Shown here in pieces: positions 23,647 through 37,245 of a DNA stretch of 64,000 nucleotides. The stretch is from the NCBI GenBank assembly GCA_020137815.1, contig CM035351.1, positions 62,001 to 126,000 of the forward strand, read 5' to 3'. The stretch's first letter is position 1. Each line of letters opens with the position of its first letter. The translations under genes were made by a program, and so were the position numbers. This DNA is from Hormiphora californensis. Taxonomy: Eukaryota; Animalia; Ctenophora. The notes beneath the pieces were generated by a model, which made no database searches, had not been told where the DNA came from, and saw only the letters and a list, made by a program, of their open reading frames with translations.

Positions 23647-26600
23647 ACAATAAGACTGTGACAAAGAGAGAAGACGCGTGGTATATTTGAGACAATCATA
23701 TGACGAGGTAGAAGCACATATATGACAATTATTATACCTATTAGTCGGTAGTCATGATGTGTCTCTCTACAGCCAACACATACAGGCAATACGATAGAAA
23801 AGCAACACAACATTTTGTTGGAATATGCTGAAATATTTCTAGTAAAATATTATTTCTAGTAATTGTATGTCAACTTAGCTGAATGACATCCAGAATTAGG
23901 ACGCTATTATACAGTAGTAGTATAGTACTGCTGCAGTGATCTAGTCTCTATCTACAGTATATAGTGCTACCCGACAAACAGTCTTATTCTACACGGTGTA
24001 GACTACACCGACAAACTATGGAGTTCCATCAGGGGCATCAATAAACATTAAACAAGGATATTATATACCGGATATGTTACTTGTTGAGTAAGACAAAGAT
24101 ATACAGGGTTATATTCATAATCTAATAACTCAAGGTTTCAATCAATTATCAAACCCTTAACCCCCTATCAATATCATGTTGAAGTTGAACATGTAATGAC
24201 GTTTATAAACTTTATACTCTCTCTGTCTCTCTCCCTCTTCTCTATTTCCCTTGGTCACACTGCACCATTGCACCACTTCTCTCTTTCCAATATCTGGGTG
24301 AGGACACATGTTTTCTAGCCAATGGGAGAGCTAGTTGTAGGGTGGTCTGCACCAATAGCACGCTTCCAACAGCTCCAGGCCCCCCCCCCCTACACTGAGC
24401 AGCTCCTTATCTCGCAATATCTCCGTCTCGTCCCGGCGATGTACGATACCGTAACAGGCGTAACAGCCTGCGTTAACAGTCTGCAGCTCGGCCCTCACGT
24501 GTCCCTATAGCCTTGTAATACCACACTTTACAACTCGCTTTCTCCACTCTCTCAAATAATTTTCACATAGCCACATAACACCGACTCTTCGCCAGTTTCA
24601 TAATTACCGGTGTTACCCAGTGGAATACCCACACCAGCCGCTCTAACCAACCAACCCACACGGTTAACATGCAGTAATCAATGCAATTGGGAGAGAAACC
24701 CCGGGTTGTCTCCTAAATTTTAGGTCATGCCCGGTTCAGTGCTGTCTTTTAGGCCCTAGTGTAAGGCTAAAAGACTGCACTCTCTGAACCGTGACCGCAA
24801 TTCTCGCAGCGTACATTATTTGAGGTCCAAGCTAAAATTAGGGGGCGTTTGAATGAACAAACATCAACAGTGTCAATTAATGTGTTAAATCGTAATTATA
24901 TATAGGTCTGTGGAGGCTAGACATGAAACTATAGTTCAACTCAGAATGCAGTGTATAGCATTCAACAAAGATCATCAAGACAGGGTTGAACTTTAATATC
25001 GAACCAGGAGATATATATTGGGGATATATTCCATATAAAATGGGTTAAACAGAGGTTGTAACTCCCATTACTCAGCAGTAACATGCAACTGGTATTGCGG
25101 AGCTCAGAGCTAAAGCCTGGTATTAGGAGTATATATTAGGAGCTAAGAGAGCAATCACATTTATTGGTCCCAGTCCACGTATATCCCAACACGCCTTGCT
25201 ACAATCATATCAATCATACTATCAAACAAGTAACAGAGCGGCCTTTCCATGGATATGAGGGGATTAGCGGTTAGCCCCACATATGTGTATCAGTACATTG
25301 GGGGGATTAGTACATGGTGCCCACATGTGTATCAGTACATTAGTAAGACATTATATAGTCGGTGGGTCCAGGATGGACTGAAAAAGGGAACACAGTGCAG
25401 TTAATTGAATGGAGATATTATAGAGCTGCAGAGTTCCTATAGAGGCAGCTAGCTCCATGTTCCAACTCTATAGATGCAGCTAGCTCCATGTTCCAACTCT
25501 ATTAATTCTAAACATGCGGCTCAGCTCTTTGGAGTGCCGGCACTGATCTATCTAGGCGAGGGGGGGGGGTGTGTACAAAACATGGGCGGTAAGGGTCAAA
25601 CACGACATATTAATCGTACAACTCACACTACATAATTCAACAGCAGGTTAGTAAACCCCGCGCAGGGGTGTAACATATTTTTGTGATAAATCACATTAAT
25701 TAAGGTGTGTTGGTAGTACTAGTAAGTTTACAACACATTAGCACAATATTGTCTCATATGAGACAGCTTCATGTGTTACCAACATGAATTGGTTCTGCAG
25801 CAGCAGCCATGTACCCCTACAAAACACACGTGAAGCCTGCAGTATCATAGCACATGGGCAATTAATCGATTTGTTAGCCCGGCTATGTATAAGTAACTCT
25901 CAAGTAACTCTCACAATATCATATGGTAACACGTCGTTCTGTATGAGACATACTACATGTATATTGTAGCATTGCTACATGCTACATGTAGCAGTAGCAG
26001 TAGCAAGTGTCCCACACATGATCAGGACATCTACATCTTAGAGAGATCAGATATCAATTGTATTGCCTAGCTAGACTCTGTTTGGCGCGCCCCGCCCGCG
26101 AAACACAAATGTAAAGGAGGGTTAGAACATATCAACAATTGTAAATATGAACTAAGATCCAGATACAATAGATCTGCAATATGAACTAATACAATGGAAG
26201 TGCAGGATTTGATGATAATATAGTACAAAGGAATGGTATCCATTGTAAGGTAAGTACAACAGGGAGAGAAGGAATGGGAGAATGGTATCTGCATTCTAAG
26301 GAAAGTACAGCTGCAATGAGGATCAGGGAGTGTTTCAACATTGAAAGAACAAGGAAGGAGGTGGAGTGCTTGAGAGCACAGCTTGGTTTCCTGATATAGG
26401 AATGTAAAATATTGCAATAAATAATAATAAACCTGAACACATCAACACATCATACAGCCGATAAATATTGAAATTAAATATTCGAAAAGTCAATATTCGA
26501 TACATTGCTGGTATCCTAGATTGTATCTCGACACAGTAACATGTATAATGGTCGATCAACTATGGACGCGTCTCTCTATCTCTCTATTTTTAAATGGACT

Positions 26601-27198
26601 AGTTGTAAATATAAAGAATGTGAGGCCATTATAGAGACACACACGGGGCGGCAACCAAACAAAGGCAGACTTGTTGAGTTACTCAACAAAGGTAGACTAA
26701 AGGGCATCGCACGAGTCATCCATCCTTAACAGAGGTCTTTTGTTCCTGTATCATTAGTCATGTGTTTGTTGAGTCATTATATGTGGTAGTGGAACTATAG
26801 TGGAACTATATAGAAAACTCGTCAACCACTGCACTGGGAGTTCAAAGGGGCCCGAACAAACTACCCTTCCCACGGTGACACTATAGAGCATCAAACATCA
26901 AACACAAGACATCAAAACAACATCAAACACAAGACATCTCCCACATCTTCTTCATTGTAAAGGCTAGCATCTCCTGTCATGCTCTGTCAGCTCATCTGGG
27001 GGGGGTGTTTTTATAGGTGACATGAAGAGAAATACAATATTATGTATTCAAGGCCGGTCGACCCCCCCCCCCTCCCCCCAACATGATGAAGAAACTGCAA
27101 TCCAAATCGACAACTGCACTCTGCTCTCAGAAAACACACATCTTTCTAACAAAGGTTTCAATAAGAAGTATTGTCTGTACTTACCAAAAATAGGGTAG

Positions 27199-27377
<179 letters not shown>

Positions 27378-28029
27378 GGAGAGTTAGCCGTTGGGGAGAG
27401 AGAAGGATAGAGAGAGTTGTCAGTTATAGCACAACGACTTGTGGTATTGGGCGGACCTTTCGCATTGTCCAGTGAATTGTGACATCTCCTGCTCTCCCCC
27501 CCCCCCCCCCCCCTCTAGCTCTCTCTTTCTCTCTCACCCCATCGGTACATATATATGCAAAACACATGTGCTGCTATTACACCATCAAACACCAATACAA
27601 TCTTCATTTGCCGAATCTCCCAAAAAAGTAAGTATCACTATTCATGTTATATTCTGCCCTCTAACATGTGTCATGGTTCTCCCTCATTTCGCCCCAACTA
27701 CAACATGTTGAAATTAGGGGAATATAGTGGCAGAACGATAAAGTAATGTCTGATAATTATTATTATACGGTGGTCGGTGGAACAATAGGAATTAGCCCCC
27801 CCCCCCTATATTGCTAGGAACAGGCTGTGGTCAGAGCATTGGCCTGACAGCGAACAGGAGTTATAGGTTACTAAGGTTACTAAATAGGCAGCCTATAAAC
27901 CGTCTCCAATGATCAAATAACCTAACATGATGTGTTCAATAACATTTCAATAACAACTATAACCGTGACTAAAGAGTGATATTATACTGACTATACTGAC
28001 AAAGCAATAGAGGAAGTGAAGCATGGAGG

Positions 28030-31000
28030 GAGGACAATGTGTGTTTTGTATAATGGGGGGGGGGTAAATAAATATCTTTTACTAGTAGTCTCTAGGGGTA
28101 TTTGTAACAATGGAGGGAATATAAAAAAAATAATGGTTTCCATAAAAGGGGGCCGGGGTGTGGGGTTAAAATGAAATACTATTCTTACTAGTTTTTTGAT
28201 TTTTGGGGTGTCGGAAGTTACAAAGCTGGTCCGTTTAGGGGAAGCTGGGGGGATTTGGCCCCCGGGGAAAATGCCCATTTTGGGGGAAATGGGCCCAGTT
28301 ATTATGTGGGGCACTACTTTTTCTCCCGGGGACCTGCTCTTCTGTTTCCGGTTTTTTTTCAAAACTGCTGTAAATTTTGTTTGAGTTGGGCCCATTTTAA
28401 TTTTGGGAAAAAAAAATCCATTAGGTTTTTTATCCTTTTAAATCTTTTAAAAAAATTTTTTTTTTTAAAAAAACTCATTTAATTTGATTAAATTGTCAAT
28501 TTTTTTGAATCGGGCATTGGCCCACCTCCGGGCAAAATGGTCCCCGGGCTGGGGCAAAGTGGCCCCCTCTTTGGAAATGTGGGGGCCTCAATACCCCGTG
28601 ACATTGAAAAAGGGGCCCATGTAGTCCAGACGGTCAAATTGGGGAAAATGGCCCATTTTCCGGTGCAGAACATGGCCCCTTTCCCCCTATTTGATCGTTT
28701 CGCTAAAAACACCAGGCACGTAAAAAAAACGAGCAATGCTTTGGCTTGGGGCCCATTTGCCCGTGAAAATTTTCCAAAAAAAACGCCTCACCAATTTATT
28801 TAAATTGATTAATTAACCCATTAAATAAAATTTCAGTTTTTAAAAAATTAGCTCGGCAAAAAGAAAACGTCCATTGTACCCTTTATTTTTTTCTTCCTCT
28901 GTATATATTGCGTTTTTGAAACCCCAAAAATTAAAAAAGGGCCCCTTTTACCCCAGCTTACCCCATTTTTATTACTGCTACTGTTTTTTTCAGGGGTTTT
29001 TTCCTCAAAACTCATGTTTACGAAGGGTCCCCCTTTCCCTCGGAGTCTAGGAAAAATCATTTTCCCAGCATTTTTGGGTTCTCTCCGGGGCCATCATTTC
29101 CCCCCCCGCCACAAGAGGCAAAGTAGCCCCTTACGTGAAGTCTCCTGAAAATGAAAAACCCGGGAAAAAAGACGAAACAAGGAAAAGCGAAAAAATGATG
29201 GAAACATGTCAAGAAAAAAAGGGTGATGAAAAACCCTCCTGCCCAAATTAAAACCCAAAAAAGGGGAACATTTTCCGCTCCTTGACAAATTTTCAATTTT
29301 TTTTTCCCAACAAAGGTTTTAAAATTTTGGAAAAAATGGGAAAGGGGCAAAATTTTTTACCACCCCCTGATGTAGAAAAAACAAAAAGTGGGGAACAATG
29401 AACAAAGAGGGGGCAGCAAAAAAACTAATGTAAGTCCCTTCCCTGTTAAAATATGCAAAACTGGAGGCCCATTGGAAGTGCAAAAAAATCAAAATGCCAT
29501 CTGTACATGGGGAGAAGTAGGAAAAATCCCCCCCCCCCCACTGAAAAAATGTCCCCCCCACAAACCATCAGGGGTCTATAAGGGCCACGGCCCCCCTTTT
29601 TTTCCTCGGGAACCCCTAACAGCTCGATGGGAGCCCTCTCCCACGCCCCCCAAAAAAAAGGACGGAAGGCGAATTTTCAGAACCCTCTTGTTGTGCCCAA
29701 AGGCGCTCCAAAAATTACACACAGCTTCCGAATTTTTGCTGCAAAATGCTGGGAAAAAACCCACCTTCCTTGCCAACGCCAAAAAGAAAAAGCAATTGCT
29801 GAAGGGTGGGTTTTCTGGAAAAATTTTCCCCTTTTATTTATCACTGAGACCATTTAACTAAACTTTTTTTTGATGTAGAATTTTGAAATGGAAAAATTTT
29901 TGGGTTTTTTAGAGCTGACCGGTTTCGAAAAAACATGGGGGTGTGGGTATATACGTGGAAACACCCAGCTGACTCCCCAAAAAGTGTTTTCCCTCATCTT
30001 TGTGAACTCCTGGGGCTGATTGTTCACAAATGTTCATGATCGGGATTTCCGCCCACCACTTCCTTTTCTCACCAAAAGATGCTGTCCCCCGGAACCTTCG
30101 GAACTGTCTCACGCTTAAAAAAGTTTATGGGAGAATAAACCCCAAAAAACGGATCATATCCGGTGACCTTTAAACTCCTTTGTGAAAGGGGAAATCCCAG
30201 AAGTAACACCCGGCCTCAATGTACTTGTGTCTAAGAGTGCCCGGGAAATCACATTAGTTAATGAATTCTCTGTTCTTTTCACCAGTTGTGAAAGAGCCCA
30301 CCGAAAAAGGAAAATAACTCGATGTAATCCTAACCCAACAAAGAGAATATGATTCACGCATGAAGTAAAAGCCACTACCCTCTCAGTCATACCCCTTTTG
30401 TCCCCTTCTGTTGCCAGAAAAATTCCCGCTCAATGGAAGAAGAAAGGGGCCCTTGCAAAGGGCGGGCTTCACCCCAAAACCCTTTTTCACTCCGGTAGAA
30501 CAAGCTCGGGGGCAATATCCGGGCGGGAGCTCCGAGTCTGATGGTCTAAGTACTTTCAGCCCCCGACAAGATCTTGCTGGGCATGTTTTCGACATTTTCG
30601 CAAATGTTGTGCAAAAAACCCCCCAAAAACACAAGACAAAATCCCGAGGTAAAAACATACCCAGGGAAAGACGTATCCTCCTACGGAAAAGAAAAAAGTG
30701 CTACCAAAGGATAAAAAGGGGCCCCCAAAAAGAAACCAAANNNNNNNNNNNNNNNNNNNNNNNNNNNNNNNNNNNNNNNNNNNNNNNNNNNNNNNNNNNN
30801 NNNNNNNNNNNNNNNNNNNNNNNNNNNNNNNNNNNNNNNNGTGTCTCTCCACTACGAATGCCCCCCATTCCGGGTCGGATTCAGGCAAATTTACGTCGGT
30901 ATGGCAATTATTGGGATGACCACTGTTAAAAACGATAAAAAACCGAAGTTTTTAGAGGGGGAAGAAAACAGCCCCGTTTTTATGAAATTTGGGTCAGAAA

Positions 31001-32428
31001 GTGTTTGGTGAAAAAAAAATTTAGTCCCAAACTCCTAAATTTACGATTTTTGGGTTTTTTTTGGGTTTTGGGGGGTTTTTGGGGGTTTTTTCAGAACGTC
31101 CTAGAAAAAAATGAAAAAACCCACTTTCTTAGCGTGAAATTCTGTATCGTTTTAGTGGCAAAAACCTTCTATACAAAGTTTACCCAAAACGGCTCTGTTT
31201 GGGGGGGGGTACTGTTTGGGCTAACGGACGAACCTCTTGTAAAAAAACCCATGTTTAGGATAAATCGACGTATAGGGGGTGAAATCTTTTTAGTAAACCT
31301 TTTTGATCTGCATTCTGTGTAACAAAATAAACCAAAAAAACCCTTACCACATAATCTACCCTTGGGTTTTTTGGGAAACCTTTTAAACCTTCGACACGCT
31401 AAAAAGGGTTTACAGCCCATGATCGATGCAAATTTCACCCGAAAAATATTCTATTTATTTTGTTCTAGGACTTTTCCTAAAACCCCCATAAAACCAAAAA
31501 AAACCCAAAAAACCTAAAAAACCTAAATTTAGGTTTTGAGCACCCCCAAAACATTTTGACTTCTAATTAGACATCAAAGCCATTCTGACTGATTTTTTCA
31601 TCAAAAATCCTATTTTCACTTTAAAACCTTCTTTATTAAAACAACTCAAAATTTCCGGGGTTCGCTTAGGGGTAAGGGCCACCCTAAAATGAGGCTTATC
31701 ACCCCCAACACTAGGGGTATTGGTTGGAATCGATAGAGGGACTTAGAAAAAATATTAAGGGGGTTGAAAACACCTTTTTATTTAATAATAGTGTAAATTC
31801 GTTTTAATTAATGTCCTTTAAAGTTTTTTAAATTTTTTTAAAATGCCCTTTAAAGCCCGGGGACTTTAAAGTCACATTTATTTAGGACGATTTAATTCAC
31901 GCGGGCCCCCCCCCCCACCCCCCACTCCCCCCATGGGGCCTAAGGTCCCACCGGGTTAATCCCCCCACCCGCCCTTTTTTGGATCTGGGGGCCCGGGGGC
32001 CTGCGGATAAGGAGGTAAACAATTTACTGGGGTAATTGAACAATGTACTAGGGGTTAAAGTAAGGGAAAACATTTAAAAGGGGAGTTAAAGCTCATGGTG
32101 GCGGAGCATAAGACCCCTAACTATCTGGGAAAAAACCCCCCGGGGTGAAAACAAAAGGGGAAAAGGAAAAAATGGAATCAGGGGAAAAGGGGGAAAAGGG
32201 AAAAAAAAAAAATTTTAAAAAAGGGGGGAAAAAAAATTCATTGGAATTTTTTTCTCCTCTCTCTCTCCCTCTTCCCCTCCTCCTCCCCCTCCCCCTCCCC
32301 TCCCCCCTCTCTCCCCCCCTCCCCTCCCCGCCTTCCTCCCCTTTTTTCCCCCCCGACGGGGACCCTCCCTTTTCCGGTTCCCCCCCATTTTTCCCCTTTT
32401 GGGGGGCCCCCCCGGGGGGGGGAAAAAA

Positions 32429-32461
<33 letters not shown>

Positions 32462-35400
32462 GGGGGGGGGCCCCCCCGGGGGGGGGGCTTTCCCCCTTCC
32501 CCTCTCCCCGGGTTTTTTTCCGGGGGGGCCCCTTTTAAATGTGGGTTTTGGGGTTTTTTGGGGGAAAAAACAAAAAGGGGGGGGGTTGACCCGGTTTCCC
32601 CCCCCAAAAATTTTTCTCCCCGGGGGCCCCCTCCTTTTCCCGGAGGGGGGGGGGAAAAAAAGGGAAAAAAGGGCCTTGGGCCCCCCTTTTTTCTTTTCCT
32701 TTTTCCCCTTTTTTTCCCCCTTTTTTTTCTCTCCCTTTTTTGGGGCCCCCCCCTTCCCCCCCCGGGGGGTCTAATTTTAAAAAGGGGGGGAAAAAAATTA
32801 CCTGGGAAGGGGGGATAATGAAAGGGAAAAAAGAAAAAGGGGGGAGTTTTAAAAAAAAAGATAAGGTCCCTCCCCTGGGCCTTCCCCTCTCCCTTTTTCA
32901 ACCCTTTTCCCACCCGGGGGGAAAAAAAGGGGTTTAAAAAAAGGGAGAGGGTTTGGCCCCCCGGGGGGGGTTTTTTGGGGGGGGGGGGGTCCGGGGGGGG
33001 GCCCCCCCCCTTTTTTGGGGAAAATTTTTAAGGGAAGGATTATCCCATTTTTTTTTTTAAAAAGGGAAAAATTCCCTAAAAAACAGTGGGTTGCTTTTAA
33101 AAAATTCCCCAAAATAATACACCAAACAGTGCTGGAATGGATGGGGGTGATTCGTGCCGGGATGAAGTAGAAAAAATAGCTACCCGGGTGACTGGGGTGT
33201 TTAAATACCTGAGGCCATAAATGCCTTTGGGGAGTATGTTTGTAAGGAACCTATCAAGGGATATAACTCTAACAAGTTTTATAGTTTTGTTGTTTGGGGG
33301 AAATCTTCTACCTTTCCCCCTTTTTCAACAAAAATTTCTACCCTAATATGATTTCACCACTTTTTGGGGGAAAAATGCTAAATATGCTACCAGGAAAATC
33401 AGTGGAAGAAATCTGGGGGGGGCAAAAAAATAGATATCTCTGTCCCTCTACTATTGGATATTGGGGTGATGGGTTGGATAGGGGAAATTTTTTATCAAAA
33501 CAAATTATTATTGTATCTTTTGGCCAGTTAGACAACAAATACAATTCCACGTACAATTACTGCGGCTATACTGTCCTTATTCAGATCTGTAAACTGTCCC
33601 TCTTAAAATTAATAAGTTAAAAAAAGTAATCAAGTAAAATCAAAAAATCAGTTAAGAAGTAATCATAACCACACAACTGAATAACCACACAACTGGCACA
33701 AGACCAGATCGAAAGATCCCCGTCAAATATCCAATTACATTAATTTAAACGGCCTACTCGTCTTTTTTTTACCGAAATAAAAAATATTCTAAAGAAGGTT
33801 CAAATGGCTCTTTGGGGCCCAAACCACCTTTCAAAGACCCCCCCCCCCCCCCCCGCCCTTTGGGGCGCCGTCACCTCTCTGCTACCGGGCTTTTGTTTTT
33901 GGGGGCCTAAACGCCGAGTTTAAGGGGGGGCTGCGTCAAACCCCGGCCCCCACAGTCTAACACACACCATTTTCCCATCAGCCTCTACTCTTATAGGACA
34001 CGGGAGAAGAGAGAGGAGAAAAGGGGACCCCGCTATAATAAGATGGTAATTAGGTGACACCGATTGACATTATTAAAATCCACAAACATTATATGCAATA
34101 AAGTATGTTGATGAAGGAGAAAATAATAACATATAGCGACAGTGGTAAAAACACACTGCTAATACATCAAACGGGTGGCACACTGAGGATTCTCTCTCTC
34201 CATTGTTCTTTCTAGTATATGTTGTTGTGTATAAAACTCATTTGCTAATGAATAGTATTCACAATACAATATGTAGGGGGAAGCTGCAAAGAAGTGTGAA
34301 CCATACATCTATAATACCAGTCATTATCAGGCTACCACACTGCAACGATTGGACTCGGACCAAATGATAGCGGGTTACTATAATTGGAATATAAGGTCCA
34401 GGGGGAGGCCTCTATTGCAGCACTGGTGGTGCGTGTCTACCTATAATAATGAGAAGGTAATATACTGGCGGTGTATATCAAAGAAAGTGTGGCCCCGTGG
34501 TGATGGAAAGAAGGGAGAGTGGATAGAAGGGAGAGAGTGAAAAGAAGAGAGGGAGAGTTATAATAGAGACGTGGTAGAGAGAGATCAGAGAGGGAACTAT
34601 AATGTTACAGAAATGAATAGAACATAGAAAGCACCACCTGATAGCTGTATTATTATTGTATAACTACATTATTATACTACAACATTATACTGGGCACTAC
34701 AGGACAGAAGACGGGCTAAAAGTGAAGGCTTGTTCAGACTGTTTTGCGTTTTAACAATGCCGTCGAACTCATGATGATGAATCATCGTAAAACTACTTGA
34801 ATTTGTGGTGTATTGCCTTCGAAAGAGATAAACAGAGTCATAGCCGGCTGATCCTAGGTAATAGAAAACTATCAAGGGTGGATAAGAACTGTAAATCATC
34901 GGGGAGAGAGAAAGGGAGAGAGAAAGAGAGAGAGAGAGAGAGCGACGAAGAAAAAAGAGAGACGAGTAAGGAGATAAGAAAGGAAAAGAGACAGGAGGCC
35001 GGATAGGAAGGCACGTGCCCCTTTGAAAAGCCCGGGGGCCCGGGCGGGCTCGAGCCGGTGTGCGCCGTCAAGGGGGGTTTTTTGGGGTTTTATGCTTCTT
35101 TGGGGAACTTGGATTCTAAGAGCGAAAGGGACCTGGGACGTGTGTCAGAGAGATATTAGTTGGGGGTATGAGGAAGTACCCCATTCGGGATGGGGCTTTT
35201 AGATTTAGATAGGTTCGAGAGATCAAAAAATGAGTCGAGGGGATGTGGTGAAGAACACTTCACAGGTGGGATAAAACGGTTTGGGGGGGGGGGAAAAAAG
35301 GAGGGGGGGGAAAAAGGCCCAACCAAAAAAAATTTAAAACCGGGGGGGAAAAGGGGGGGGGAAAAAGGGGGGTTCCCCCCCCAAAAACCCCCCCCCCCCC

Positions 35401-36728
35401 GGGGGGGGAAAAGAACCGGTTTTCCCGAAAAAAGGGGGGGGTTTTTTTTGGGGGGGGGGGGGGCCCCCCCCCCCGGGGGGGGTTTTTTTTTTTTTCCCCC
35501 CGGGCCCCGGGGGGGAAGGGGGGGGGGGGGGGAAAAAAAAAAAAGGGGGGGGGGGGGGCCGGGGGGGAAGGGGTTTTTGGGGGGGGGGGTTGGGGGGGGG
35601 GGGGTTTAATTGGGGAAAGGGGGGGGGGGGGGGGGGAGGGGGGGTTTTTGGGGGGTTAAAACGGGGGGGGGGGGGGGAAAAAAAGGGGGGGGGGGGGGGG
35701 GAAGGGGGGGGGGGGGGGGGAAAAGGGGGGAAAGGGGGGGGGGGGGAGGGGGGGGGGGGGGGGGGGAAAAAAAAGGGGGGGGAAAGGGGGTTTTTAAAAT
35801 TTTTAATTTTTGGTTTTTTTGGGGGGGGGGGGGGCCCCCCGGTTGGGGGGGGGGGGAAAAAAGGGGGGTTTAAAAATTTGGGGGGGGTTTGGGGGGGGGG
35901 GGGGGTTTTAAAAAATTGGGGTTTTTTAAAAAAAAAGGGGGGGGGGGTTTTTTAAAAAAAAGGGGAGGGGGCCCCGGGTTTTTTTTTTGGGGGGGGGAAA
36001 AAAAAAGGGGGTTTTTGGGCTTTTTTTTAAAAGGGGGAAAGGAAAAAAAAAAATTTTTTTGGGGTTTTCCTTTTCGGGGGGCCAATTTTTTTTTCCCCCC
36101 CCCCCCCAAAAAATTTGGGTCCGGGAAAAAAACCTAATTAAAAAAATTTTTAAAAGGGGAAAAAAAAAGGGGGGGTTTTTTTAAAAAGGGGGAAGGGGGG
36201 GGAAAAAGGGGGGGGGGAAATTAAAAAAAAGGGGGGGGGTTTTTTTTAAAAGGGTTTAAAAATTTGGGGGGTTTTTTTTTTTAAAAAAAAAAATTTTTAA
36301 AATTTTTTTTAAAAAAAAAATTTAAAAAAAAAAAATTTTAAAATTTTAATTTTTTTCCCAAACCCAAAAAAATTTTTTTTTAAAACCCATTTCCGGGTTT
36401 CCCAAACCCAAAAAAAATTTTGGGGGGTTCCCCCCAACCCCGGGGGGTTTTCCCCCAAATTTTTTTTAAGGGTTTGGCCCCAACCTTTTTTTCCCTTCCG
36501 GGGGGGGGTTTTGGGGTTTTTTTTAAAAAACCCCCCAAAATTTCTGTTTTTTTTTTTTGGGGGGGAAAAAAAAAAAAAAAAAATTTTTTTAAAAAAAAAA
36601 TTTTTTTAAAAACCCCCCCCAAAAAAAAAAAAAAAAAACCCAAAAAAAAAAAAAAAAAACCAAAAAAAAAAACAAAAAAAAAAAAGGGGGGGGGGGGGGG
36701 TTTGGGGGGGGGGGGGGGGGGGGCCCCC

Positions 36729-36765
<37 letters not shown>

Positions 36766-36845
36766 TTGGGGGGGGTTTTTTGGGGGGGGGGGGGGGGGGG
36801 GGAAAAAAAAAAAAAAACCCAAAAAAAAAAAAAAAAAAACCCCAA
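28030..36845. other. Low-quality, homopolymer-inflated sequence around a scaffold gap (100 N at 30741-30840); not interpretable
   Basis: Long runs of G/C/A/T with no codon or splice structure, worst at 32150-33110 and 35280-36845; typical of untrimmed read ends. Confidence 0.85.
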
Positions 36846-37245
36846 ATTCATACCAACAGGTGGTCCGGGATATAATACTAATTATAAAATGCGTTATGAA
36901 CATGAAATTCTCCCTAGAAAAAGAGAGGAGCCAGGTCGTGGTGGAAATGAAAAAGAAAGGGAGAGGTTGGAGTGGGAATTGTGGTGAAGGGAACTGGAAA
37001 GTTCCATGGAAAGTTTCCTGCGGTTCGAATAAATCTAATAACTCGATAGTTACGGGGTTTCGCGAAAAAATGTTAACATTCTGATAAACACAATTATAAT
37101 ATATTAATATTGCAGATTACCAATAGCGTCTATAAATATAACGGTTTAAAAATCCACTTATCTTGTCTCTCACATTACAATCCTATTATATCTGTTAGAG
37201 TCGGACCCGGATTTACCGGGTCTGACTATATCTCAACAAGTGCAA

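Noticed and set aside
24328-24504. Possible isolated minus-strand exon (GHVRAELQTVNAGCYACYG..)
   Set aside because: No recognisable homology and no partner exons.
28030-36845. Gly/Pro/Lys/Phe-rich ORFs, G-quadruplex island or foreign DNA
   Set aside because: Homopolymer-inflated low-quality sequence near a gap.
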